Assembly: GCF_009914755.1 (NCBI RefSeq)
Contig: NC_060946.1
Strand: one strand, 5' to 3'
Source: the human T2T-CHM13v2.0 reference genome, Homo sapiens
DNA length: 64,000 bases
Position 1 is the first letter of the stretch. The number at the start of each line of letters is the position of its first letter. Positions 43,421 to 57,100 of this stretch are shown here, one piece after another. The notes below the pieces were generated by a model, which did no database searches, was not told where the DNA came from, and saw only the letters and a list, made by a program, of their open reading frames with translations. A program made the position numbers and the translations under genes.

Positions 43421-46030
43421 TCAACCCGAATTGAATGGAACGGAATGGAATGGGATGGGATGGAATGGAATGGAATGCAAGTTAATCAACACGAATGGAA
43501 TGGAACGGAATGGAATGGAATGAAAAGGAAAAGAACATAATGGCATCAACACGAGTGGAATGGAATGGAACGGAATGGAATCAACCCGAGTGGAATGAAA
43601 TGGAATGTAATGCAATGGGATGGAGTGGAATCAACCCGAGTGGAATGGAATGGAATGGAGTGGAATGGAAAGTAATGGAGTGGAATGTAATGGAATTTAG
43701 TGGAATGGAATGGAATGGAATGGAATGGAATGAAATCTGTTGGATCGGAATGGAATCCAATGGAATCAACTGGACTGGAATGGAATGGAATGGAATGGAA
43801 CGGAATAAATCCGGTTTTAGTGGAATGGAATGTAATAGAGTGGAATGGAATGGAATTTAGAGGAATGGAATGGAATGGAATGGAATGGAATGGAATGGAA
43901 TGGAATGGAATGGAATGGAATCAACCCGAATGGAATGGAACGGAATGGAATGGAATGGAATGGGATGGAATGGAATGGAATGGAATGGAATGGAATCAAC
44001 ACGAATGGCATGGCATAGAATGGAATGGAATGGAATGGAATGCAATGGAATGGAATGGAATGGAATGGAATGGAATGGAATGGAATCAACCCGAATTGAA
44101 TGGAACGGAATGGAATGGGATGGGATGGAATGGAATGGAATGCAAGTTAATCAACACGAATGGAATGGAACGGAATGGAATGGAATGAAAAGGAAAAGAA
44201 CATAATGGCATCAACACGAGTGGAATGGAATGGAACGGAATGGAATCAACCCGAGTGGAATGAAATGGAATGTAATGCAATGGGATGGAGTGGAATCAAC
44301 CCGAGTGGAATGGAATGGAATGGAGTGGAATGGAAAGTAATGGAGTGGAATGTAATGGAATTTAGTGGAATGGAATGGAATGGAATGGAATGGAATGAAA
44401 TCTGTTGGATCGGAATGGAATCCAATGGAATCAACTGGAATGGAATGGAATGGAATGGAATGGAACGGAATAAATCCGGTTTTAGTGGAATGGAATGTAA
44501 TAGAGTGGAATGGAATGGAATTTAGAGGAATGGAATGGAATGGAATGGAATGGAATGGAATGGAATCAACCCGAATGGAATGGAACGGAATGGAATGGAA
44601 TGGAATGGGATGGAATGGAATGGAATGGAATGGAATGGAATCAACACGAATGGCATGGCATAGAATGGAATGGAATGGAATGGAATGCAATGGAATGGAA
44701 TGGAATGGAATGGAATGGAATGGAATGGAATCAACCCGAATTGAATGGAATGGAATGGAATGGGATGGGATGGAATGGAATGGAATGCAAGTTAATCAAC
44801 ACGAATGGAATGGAACGGAATGGAATGGAATGAAAAGGAAAAGAACATAATGGCATCAACACGAGTGGAATGGAATGGAACGGAATGGAATCAACCCGAG
44901 TGGAATGAAATGGAATGTAATGCAATGGGATGGAGTGGAATCAACCCGAGTGGAATGGAATGGAATGGAGTGGAATGGAAAGTAATGGAGTGGAATGTAA
45001 TGGAATTTAGTGGAATGGAATGGAATGGAATGGAATGGAATGAAATCTGTTGGATCGGAATGGAATCCAATGGAATCAACTGGAATGGAATGGAATGGAA
45101 TGGAATGGAATGGAACGGAATAAATCCGGTTTTAGTGGAATGGAATGTAATAGAGTGGAATGGAATGGAATTTAGAGGAATGGAATGGAATGGAATGGAA
45201 TGGAATGGAATGGAATGGAATGGAATCAACCCGAATGGAATGGAACGGAATGGAATGGAATGGAATGGGATGGAATGGAATGGAATGGAATGGAATGGAA
45301 TCAACACGAATGGCATGGCATAGAATGGAATGGAATGGAATGGAATGCAATGGAATGGAATGGAATGGAATGGAATGGAATGGAATGGAATCAACCCGAA
45401 TTGAATGGAACGGAATGGAATGGGATGGGATGGAATGGAATGGAATGCAAGTTAATCAACACGAATGGAATGGAACGGAATGGAATGGAATGAAAAGGAA
45501 AAGAACATAATGGCATCAACACGAGTGGAATGGAATGGAACGGAATGGAATCAACCCGAGTGGAATGAAATGGAATGTAATGCAATGGGATGGAGTGGAA
45601 TCAACCCGAGTGGAATGGAATGGAATGGAGTGGAATGGAAAGTAATGGAGTGGAATGTAATGGAATTTAGTGGAATGGAATGGAATGGAATGGAATGGAA
45701 TGAAATCTGTTGGATCGGAATGGAATCCAATGGAATCAACTGGAATGGAATGGAATGGAATGGAATGGAACGGAATAAATCCGGTTTTAGTGGAATGGAA
45801 TGTAATAGAGTGGAATGGAATGGAATTTAGAGGAATGGAATGGAATGGAATGGAATGGAATGGAATGGAATGGAATCAACCCGAATGGAATGGAACGGAA
45901 TGGAATGGAATGGAATGGGATGGAATGGAATGGAATGGAATGGAATGGAATCAACACGAATGGCATGGCATAGAATGGAATGGAATGGAATGGAATGCAA
46001 TGGAATGGAATGGAATGGAATGGAATGGAA
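43421..46030 (+). repeat. Four-copy tandem array of a ~645-665 bp higher-order unit
   Basis: Units start with TCAACCCGAATTGAAT at 43421, 44086, 44731 and 45391. Each carries AGGAAAAGAACAT, GGAAAGTAATGGAG, AATCTGTTGG and CCGGTTTTAGTGG. Confidence 0.95.
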
Positions 46031-46919
46031 TCAACACAAGTGCAATGGAATAGAATGGAATGCAATGGAATCCACCCGAGTGGAATGCAATGGAATGAAA
46101 TGGAATGGAATGGAATGGAGTGGAATGGAACGCAATGGAGTGGAATGGAATAAACAACAGGGGAATGAAATGGATTGGAATGGAATGGAATGGAATGGAA
46201 TGGAATGGAATGGAATGGAATGAAATCAACCCGAGTGTAATGGAGCGTAATGGAATGGAATGGAAAGGAATGAATGGAATGGAATGGTGGGGAATCAACA
46301 CGAGGGGAATGGAATGGAATGGAATGGAACGGAACGGAATGGAAAGGAGTGGAATGGAATGAACCCGAATGGAATGGAATGGATTGGAATGGAATGGAAT
46401 GTAATCAACCTGAGCGGAAAGGAATGGAATGGAATGGAGTGGAATGGAATGTAACGGAATGGAATGGAATGGAATGGAATCAACACGAATGGAATGGAAC
46501 GGAATGGAATGGGATGGGATGGAATGGAAGAGAATGGATGTTAATCAACACGAATGGAATGGAATGGAATGGAATGGAATAGAATGGAATGGATCGGAAT
46601 GGAATCCAATGGAATCAACTGGAATGGAATGGAATGGAATGGAATGGAATGGAATGGAATGGAATGGAATGGAATGAAAAGGAAAGGAACAAAATGGAAT
46701 CAACAAGAGTGGAATGGAATGGAACGGAATGGAATTAACCCGAGAGGAATGAAATGGAATGTAATGCAATGGGATGGAGTGTAATCAACCCCAGTGGAAT
46801 GGAATGGAATGGAATGGAATGGAATGGAATGGAATGGAATGGAATGAAATGGAATGGATCGGAATGGAATCCAATGGAATCAACTGGAATGAAATGGAAT
46901 GGAATGGAAAGGAATGGAA

Positions 46920-49900
46920 TGGAATAAATCCGGGAGGAGTGGAATGGAATGTAATGGAGTGGAATGTAATGGAATTTAGTGTAATGGAATGGAATCGAAT
47001 GGAATGAAATGGAATGGAATGGAATAAATCCGGGAGGAGTGGAATGGAATGTAATGGAGTGGAATGTAATGGAATTTAGTGGAATGCAATGGAATAGAAT
47101 GGAATGAAATGGATTGGATCGGAAAGGAATCCAATGGAATCAAATGGAATGCAATGGAATGGAATGGAATGGAATGGAATAAATCCGGGTGGAGTGGAAT
47201 GGAATGTAATGGAGTGGAATGGAATGGAATTTACTGCAATGGAATGGAATGGAATGGAATGGAATGGAATGGAATGGAATGGAATCAACCCGAATGGAAT
47301 GGAATGGAATGGAAAGGAATGGAATGGAATGGAATGGAATGGAATGGAATGGAATGGAATCAACCCGAATGGGATGGCATGGAATGGAATTGAATGGAAT
47401 GGAATGGGATGGAATGGAATGGAGTGGAATCAACACAAGTGCAATGGAATAGAATGGAATGCAATGGAATCCACCCGAGTGGAATGGAATGGAATGGAAT
47501 GGAATGGAATGGAATGGAATGCAATGGAATGGAATGGAATCGAAAGGAATAGAATGGAGTGGAATGGAACGGAATGGAGTGGAATGCAATAAACACCAGG
47601 GGAATGAAATGGATTGGAATGAAATGGAATGGAACGGAATGGAATGGAATGAAATCAACCCGAGTTGAATAGAACGGAATGGAATGGAATGGAAAGGAAT
47701 GAATGGAATGGAATTGTGTGGAATCAACACAAGAGGAATGGAATGGAATGGAATGGAACGGAACGGAATGGAAAGGAATGGAATGGAATGAACCGGAATG
47801 GAATGGAATGGATTGGAATGGAATGGAATGAAATCAACCTGAGCGGAAAGGAATGGAATGGAATGGAGTGGAATGGAATGAAACGGCATGGAATGGAATG
47901 GAATGGAATCAACATGAATGGAATGGAACGGAGTGGAATGGGATGGGATGGAATGGAATGGAATGGAAGTTAGTCAACACGAATGGAATGGAATGGAATG
48001 GAATGGAATGAAAAGGAAAGGAACAGAATGGAATAAACACGAGTGGAATGGAATGGAATGGAATGGAATCAACCCGAGTGGAATGAAATGGAATGTAATG
48101 CAATGGGATGGAGTGGAATCAACCCGAGTGGAATGGAATGGAATGGAATGGAATGAAATGGAATGGAATGGAATGAAATGGAATGGATCGGAATGGAATC
48201 CAATGGAATTAACTGGAATGGAATGGAATGGAATGGAATGGAATGAAATGGATTGGATCGGAATGGAATCCAATGGAATCAACTGAAATGGAATGGAATG
48301 GAATGGAATGGAATGGAATGGAATGGAATAAATCCGGGTGGAGTGGAATGGAATTTAATGGAGTGGAATGGAATGTAATTCAGTGGAATGGAATGGAATG
48401 GAATGCAATGGAATGGAAAGGTATGGAATCAAACCGAATGGAATGGAACGGAATGGAATGGAAAGGAATGGAATGGAATGGAATGGAATGGAATGGAATG
48501 GAATGGAATGGAATGGAATGGAATCAACCCGATTGGGATGGCATGGAATGGAATGGAATGGAATGGAATGGAATGGAATGGAATCAACCCAAGTGCATTG
48601 GAATGGAATGGAATGCAATGGAATCCACCCAAGTGGAATGGAAAGGAATGGAATGGAATGGAATGGAATGGAATGGAATGGAATGGAATCAACACAAATG
48701 GAATGGAACGGAATGGAATGGGATGGGATGGAATGGAATGGAATGGAAGTTAATCAACACGAATGGAATCGAACGGAATGGATTGGAATGGAATGGAATG
48801 GAATGGAATGGAATGGAATGGAATGGAATGGAATGGAATGGAATTTCATTGAATGGATTGAAATGGAAAGGAATGGAATGGAATCAACACGAGTGGAATG
48901 GAATGGAAAGGAATGGAATCAACCCGAGTGGAATGAAATGGAAAGTAATGCAATGGGATGGAGTGGAATCAAACGGAGTGGAATGCAATGGAATGGAATG
49001 GAATGGAATGAAATGGAATGGAATTTAGTGGAATGGAATGGAATGGAATGGAATGGAATGAAATGGATTTGATCGGAATGGAATCCAATGGAATCAACTG
49101 GAATGGAATGGAATGGAATGGAATGGAATAAATCCGGGAGGAGTGGAATGGAATGTAATGGAGTGGAATGTAATGGAATTTAGTGGAATGGAATGGAATC
49201 GAATGGAATGAAATGGAATGGAATGGAATAAATCCGGGAGGAGTGGAATGGAATGTAATGGAGTGGAATGTAATGGAATTTAGTGGAATGCAATGTAATA
49301 GAATGGAATGAAATGGATTGGATCGGAAAGGAATCCAATGGAATCAAATGGAATGCAATGGAAGGGAATGGAATGGAATGGAATGGAATAAATCCGGGTG
49401 CAGTGGAATGGAATGTAATGGAGTGGAATGGAATGGAATTTACTGCAATGGAATGGAATGGAATGGAATGGAATGGAATGGAATGGAATGGAATGGAATC
49501 AACCCGAATGGAATGGAATGGAAAGGAATGGAATGGAATGGAATGGAATGGAATGGAATGGAATGGAATGGAATGGAATCAACCCGAATGGGATGGCATG
49601 GAATGGAATTGAATGGAATGCAATGGGATGGAATGGAATGGAGTGGAATCAACACAAGTGCAATGGAATAGAATGGAATGCAATGGAATCCACCCGAGTG
49701 CAATGGAATGGAATGGAATGGAATGGAACGGAATGGAATGGAATGAAATCAACCCGAGTTGAATAGAACGGAATGGAATGGAATGGAAAGGAATGAATGG
49801 AATGGAATTGTGTGGAATCAACACAAGAGGAATGGAATGGAATGGAATGGAACGGAACGGAATGGAAAGGAATGGAATGGAATGAACCGGAATGGAATGG

Positions 49901-51120
49901 AATGGATTGGAATGGAATGGAATGGAATCAACCTGAGTGGAAAGGAATGGAATGGAATGGAGTGGAATGGAATGAAACGAAATGGAATGGAATGGAATGG
50001 AATCAACATGAATGGAATGGAACGGAGTGGAATGGGATGGGATGGAATGGAATGGAATGGAAGTTAGTCAACACGAATGGAATGGAACGGAATGGAATGG
50101 AATGAAAAGGAAAGGAACAGAATGGAATCAACACGAGTGGAATGGAATGGAATGGAATGGAATCAACCCGAGTGGAATGAAATGGAATGTAATGCAATGG
50201 GATGGAGTGGAATCAACCCGAGTGGAATGGAATGGAATGGAATGGAATGAAATGGAATGGAATGTAATGAAATGGAATGGATCGGAATGGAATCCAATGG
50301 AATTAACTGGAATGGAATGGAATGGAATGGAATGGAATGAAATGGATTGGATCGGAATGGAATCCAATGGAATCAACTGGAATGGAATGGAATGGAATGG
50401 AATGGAATGGAATGGAATAAATCCGGGTGGAGTGGAATGGAATTTAATGGAGTGGAATGGAATGTAATTCAGTGGAATGGAATGGAATGGAATGGAATGG
50501 AATCAAACCGAATGGAATGGAACGGAATGGAATGGAAAGGAATGGAATGGAATGGAATGGAATGGAATGGAATGGAATGCAATGGAATGGAATGGAATGG
50601 AATCAACCCAAGTGCATTGGAATGGAATGGAATGCAATGGAATCCACCGAAGTGGAATGGAAAGGAATGGAATGGAATGGAATGGAATGGAATGGAATCA
50701 ACACGAATGGAATGGAACGGAATGGAATGGGATGGGATGGAATGGAATGGAATGGAAGTTAATCAACACGAATGGAATCGAACGGAATGGATTGGAATGG
50801 AATGGAATGGAATGGAATGGAATGGAATGGAATGGAATTTCATTGAATGGATTGAAATGGAAAGGAACGGAATGGAATCAACACGAGTGGAATGGAATGG
50901 AACGGAATGGAATCAACCAGAGTGGAATGAAATGGAAAGTAATGCAATGGGATGGAGTGGAATCAAACCGAGTGGAATGCAATGGAATGGAATGGAATGG
51001 AATGAAATGGAATGGAATTTAGTGGAATGGAATGGAATGGAATGGAATGGAATGGAATGAAATGGATTTGATCGGAATGGAATCCAATGGAATCAACTGG
51101 AATGGAATGGAATGGAATAA
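46920..51120 (+). repeat. ~2.0-2.2 kb tandem duplication (junction ~49125)
   Basis: ATCCGGGAGG pairs at ~46928+47028 and ~49132+49232; TTTACTGC ~47230/~49439; AATTGTGTGG ~47712/~49806; GTGCATTGG ~48593/~50612; TTTCATTG ~48844/~50838. Confidence 0.85.
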
Positions 51121-54100
51121 ATCCGGGTGGAGTGGAATGGAATGTAATGGAGTGGAATGGAATGGAATTTAGTGGAATGGATTGGAATGCAATGGAATGG
51201 AATGAAATGGAATGGATCGGAATGGAATCCAATGGAAACAACTGGAATGGAATGGAATGGAATGGAATGGAATTTAGTGGAATGGAATGGAATGGAATGG
51301 AATGAAATGAAATGGATTTGATCGGAATGGAATCCAATGGAATCAACTGGAATGGAATGGAATGGAATGGAATGGAATAAATCCGGGTGGAGTGGATTGG
51401 AATGTAATGGAGTGGAATGGAATGGAATTTAGTGGAATGGAATGGAATGGAATGGAATGGAATGGAAAGGAATCAACCCGAATGGAATGGAACGGAATGG
51501 AATGGAAAGGAATGGAATGGAATGGAATGGAATGGAATGGAAAGGAATCAACCCGAATGGAATGGAACGGAATGGAATGGAAAGGAATGGAATGGAATGG
51601 AATGGAATGGAATGGAATGGAATGGAATGGAATGGAATCAACCCAAGTGCAATGGAATGGAATGGAACGGAATGGAATGGAATGGAATGGAATGGAATGG
51701 AGTGGAATGCAAACGAATGAAGTGGAATGGAATAAACACCAGGGGAATGAAATGGATTGGAATGAAATGGAATGGAATGGAATGGAATGGAATGAAATCA
51801 ACCCGAGTGGAGTGGAATGGAATGGAATGGAATGGAAAGGATTGAATGGAATGGAATGGTGTGGAATCAAAAAGAGAGGAATGGAATGGAATGGAACGGA
51901 ACGGAATGGAAAGGAATGGAATGGAATGAACCCGAATGGAATGGAATGGATTCGAATGGAATGGAATGGAAACAACCCGAGCTAAAAGGAATGGAATTGA
52001 ATGGAGTGGAATGGAATGGAATGGAATGGAATGGAATGGAATGGAATCAACACGAATGGAATGGAACGGAATGGAATGGGATGGGATGGAATGGAATGGA
52101 ATGAAATGGACTGGATCGGAATGGAATCCAATGGAATCAACTGGAATGGAATGGAATGGAATGGAATGGAATAAATCCGGGTGGAGTGGAATGGAATGTA
52201 ATGGAGTGGAATGGAATGGAATGGAATGGAATGGAATGGAATGGAATGGAAAGGAATCAACCCGAATGGAATGGAACGGAATGGAATGGAAAGGAATGGA
52301 ATGGAATGGAATGGAATGGAATGGAATGGAAAGGAATCAACCCGAATGGAATGGAACGGAATGGAATGGAAAGGAATGGAATGGAATGGAATGGAATGGA
52401 ATGGAATGGAATGGAATCAACCCGAATGGGATGGCAAGGAATGGAATTGAATGGAATGGAATGGAATGGAATGGAATGGAATGGAATGGAATCAACCCAA
52501 GTGTAATGGAATGGAATGGAATGGAATGGAATGGAATGGAATGGAATGGAATGGAATGGAAAGGAGTGTAATGCAAAGGAATGAAGTGGAATGGAATAAA
52601 CACCAGGGGAATGAAATGGATTGGAATGAAATGGAATGGAATGGAATGGAATGGAATGAAATCAACCCGAGTGGAATGGAACGGAATGGAATGGAATGGA
52701 AGGATTGAATGGAATGGAATGGTGTGGAATCAAAAAGAGAGGAATGGAATGGAATGGAATGGAACGGAATGGAAAGGAATGGAATGGAATGAACCCGAAT
52801 GGAATGGAATGGATTGGAATGGAATGGAATGGAAACAACCCGAACTTAAAGGAATGGAATTGAATGGAGTGGAATGGAATGTAATGGAGTGGAATGGAAT
52901 TTAATGGAATGGAATGGAATGGAATGGAATCAACACGAATGGAATCGAACGGAATGGAATGGGATGGGATGGAATGGAATGGAATGAAATGTATTGGATC
53001 GGAATGGAAACCAATGGAATCAACTGGAATGGAATGGAAATGAATGGAATGGAATAAATCCGGGTGGAGTGGAAAGGAATGTAATGGAGTGGAATGGAAT
53101 GGAATTTAGTGGAATGGAATGGAATGGAATGGAATGGAATGGAATGGAATGGAATCAACCCAAGTGCAACAGAATGGAATGGAATGCAATGGAATCCACC
53201 CATGTGGAATGGAAAGGAATGGAATGGAATGGAATGGAATGGAATGGAATGGAGTGGATAGGAACGGAATGAAGTGGAATGGAATAAACACCAGGGGAAT
53301 GAAATGGATTGGAATGAAATGGAATGGAATGAAATCAAGCAGAGTGGAATTGAACGGAATGGAATGGAATGGAAAGGAATGAATGGAATGGAATGGTGTG
53401 GAATCAACACGAGAGGAATGGAATGGAATTTAATGGAACGGAATGGAATGGAAAGGAATGGAATGGAATGAACCCGAATGGAATTGAATGGATTGGAATG
53501 GAATCAACCCAAGCGGAAAGGAATGGAAGGGAATGGAGGGGAATGGAATGGAATGGAATGGAATGGAATGGAATGGAATGGAATGGAATGAAATGGAATG
53601 GATCGGAATGGAATCCAATGGAATTAACTGGAATGGAATGGAATGGAATGGAATGGAATGGAATGGAATGGAATGGAATGAAATGGATTGGATCGGAATG
53701 GAATCCAACGGAATCAACTGGAATGGAATGGAATGGAATGGAATGGAATGGAATGGAATGGAATGGAATGGAATAAATCCGGGTGGAGTGGAATGGAATT
53801 TAATGGAGTGGAATGGAATGTAATTCAGTGGAATGGAATGGAATGGAATGGAATGGAATGGAATCAAACCGAATGGAATGGAACAGAATGGAATGGAAAG
53901 GAATGGAATGGAATGGAATGGAATGGAATGGAATGCAATGGAATGGAACATAATGGAATGGAAAGGAATGGAATGGAATGGAATGGAATGGAATGGAATG
54001 CAATGGAATGGAATGGAATGGAATCAACCCGAATGGGATGGCATGGAATGGAATGGAATGGAATGGAATGGAATGGAATCAACCCAAGTGCATTGGAATG

Positions 54101-57100
54101 GAATGGAATGCAATGGAATCCACCCAGGAGGAATGGAAAGGAATGGAATGGAATGGAATGGAATGGAATGGAATCAACACGAATGGAATGGAACGGAATG
54201 GAATGGGATGGGATGGAATGGAATGGAATGGAAGTTAATCAACACGAATGGAATCGAACGGAATGGATTGCAATGGAATGGAATGGAATGGAATGGAATG
54301 GAATGGAATGGAATTTCATTGAATGGATTGAAATGGAAAGGAACGGAATGGAATCAACACGAGTGGAATGGAATGGAACGGAATGGAATCAACCAGGGTG
54401 GAATGAAATGGAAAGTAATGCAATGGGATGGAGTGGAATCAAACCGAGTGGAATGCAATGGAATGGAATGGAATGGAATGAAATGGAATGGAATTTAGTG
54501 GAATGGAATGGAATGGAATGGAATGGAATGGAATGAAATGGATTTGATCGGAATGGAATCCAATGGAATCAACTGGAATGGAATGGAATGGAATAAATCC
54601 GGGTGGAGTGGAATGGAATGTAATGGAGTGGAATGGAATGGAATTTAGTGGAATGGATTGGAATGCAATGGAATGGAATGAAATGGAATGGATCGGAATG
54701 GAATCCAATGGAAACGAATGGAATGGAATGGAATGGAATGGAATTTAGTGGAATGGAATGGAATGGAATGGAATGAAATGAAATGGATTTGATCGGAATG
54801 GAATCCAATGGAATCAACTGGAATGGAATGGAATGGAATGGAATGGAATGGAATAAATCCGGGTGGAGTGGAATGGAATGTAATGGAGTGGAATGGAATG
54901 GAATTTAGTGTAATGGAATGGAATGGAATGGAATGGAATGGAAAGGAATCAACCCGAATGGAATGGAACGGAATGGAATGGAAAGGAATGGAATGGAATG
55001 GAATGGAATGGAATGGAAAGGAATCAACCCGAATGGAATGGAACGGAATGGAATGGAAAGGAATGGAATGGAATGGAATGGAATGGAATGGAATGGAATC
55101 AACCCGAATGGGATGGCAAGGAATGGAATTGAATGGAATGGAATGGAATGGAATGGAATGGAATGGAATCAACCCAAGTGTAATGGAATGGAATGGAATG
55201 GAATGGAATGGAATGGAATGGAATGGAATGGAATGGAGTGTAATGCAAAGGAATGAAGTGGAATGGAATAAACACCAGGGGAATGAAATGGATTGGAATG
55301 AAATGGAATGGAATGGAATGGAATGAAATCAACCCGAGTGGAATGGAACGGAATGGAATGGAATGGAAGGATTGAATGGAATGGAATGGTGTGGAATCAA
55401 AAAGAGAGGAATGGAATGGAATGGAACGGAACGGAATGGAAAGGAATGGAATGGAATGAACCCGAATGGAATGGAATGGATTGGAATGGAATGGAATGGA
55501 AACAACCCGAGCTTAAAGGAATGGAATTGAATGGAGTGGAATGGAATGTAATGGAATGGAATGGAATGGAATGGAATCAACACGAATGGAATCGAACGGA
55601 ATGGAATGGGATGGGATGGAATGAAATGGAATGAAATGTATTGGATCGGAATGGAATCCAATGGAATCAACTGGAATGGAATGGAAATGAATGGAATGGA
55701 ATAAATCCGTGTGGAGTGGAATGGAATGTAATGGAGTGGAATGGAATGGAATTTAGTAGAATGGAATGGAATGGAATGGAATGCAATGGAATGGAATGGA
55801 ATGGAATCAACCCGAATGGAATTGAACGGAATGGAATGGAAAGGAATGGAATGGAATGGAATGGAATGGAATGGAATGGAATGGAATGGAATCAACCCGA
55901 ATGGGAAGGCATGGAATGGAATTGAATGGAATGGAATGGAATGGAATGGAATCAACCCAAGTGCAATGGATGGAATGGAATGCAATGGAATCTACCCGAG
56001 TGGAATGGAATGGAATGGAATGGACTGTAACGGAATGGAATGGAATGGAATTCAATGGAGTGGAATGGAACGGAATAGAGTGGAATGGAATAAACTCCAG
56101 GGGAATGAAATGGAATGGAATGAAATCAAACCGAGTGGAATGGAACGGAATGGAATTGAATGGAAAGGAATGAATGGAATGGAATGGTGTCGAATCAACA
56201 CGAGAGGAATGGAATGGAATGGAACGGAACGGAATGGAAAGAAATGGAATGGAATGAACCCGAAAGGAATGGAATGGATTGGAATGGAATGGAATGGAAT
56301 CAACCCGAGCGGAAAGGAATGGAATGCAATGGAGTGGAATGGAATGTAATGTAATGGAATGGAATGGAATGGAATCATCACGAATGGAATGGAACGGAAT
56401 GGAATGGGATGGGATGGAATGGAATGGGATGGGATGGAATTGAATGGAATGGAAGTTAATCAACACGAATGGAATGGAACGGAATGGAATGGAATGAAAT
56501 GGAATGGAATGGAATGGAATGGAATAGAATGAAATGGAAAGGAACGGAATGGAATTAACAGGAGTGGAATGGAATGGAACAGAATGGAATCAACCCGAGT
56601 GGAATGAAATGGAATGTAATGCAATGGGATGGAGTGGAATCAACCCGAGTGGAATGGAATGGAATGGAATGGAATGGAATGGAATGGAATGGAATGGAAT
56701 GCAATGAAATGGACTGGATTGGAATGGAATCCAATGGAATCAACTGGAATGGAATGGAATGGAATGGAATGGAATGGATTAAATCCGGGTGGAGTGGAAC
56801 GGAATGTAATGGAGTGGAATGGAATGGAATTTAGTGGAATGGAATGGAATGAAATGGATTGGATCGGAATAGAATCCAATGGAATCAACTGGAATGGAAT
56901 GGAATGGAATGGAATGGAACAAATCCGGGTGTAGTGGAATGGAATGGAATGGAGTGGAATGGAATGGAATTTAGTGGAATGGAATGGAATGGAATAGAAA
57001 GGCATGGAATGGAATGAACCCGAATGGAATGGAATGGAATGGAATGGAAAGGAATGGAATGGAATGGAATGGAATGGAATGGAATGGAATAAACCTGAAT

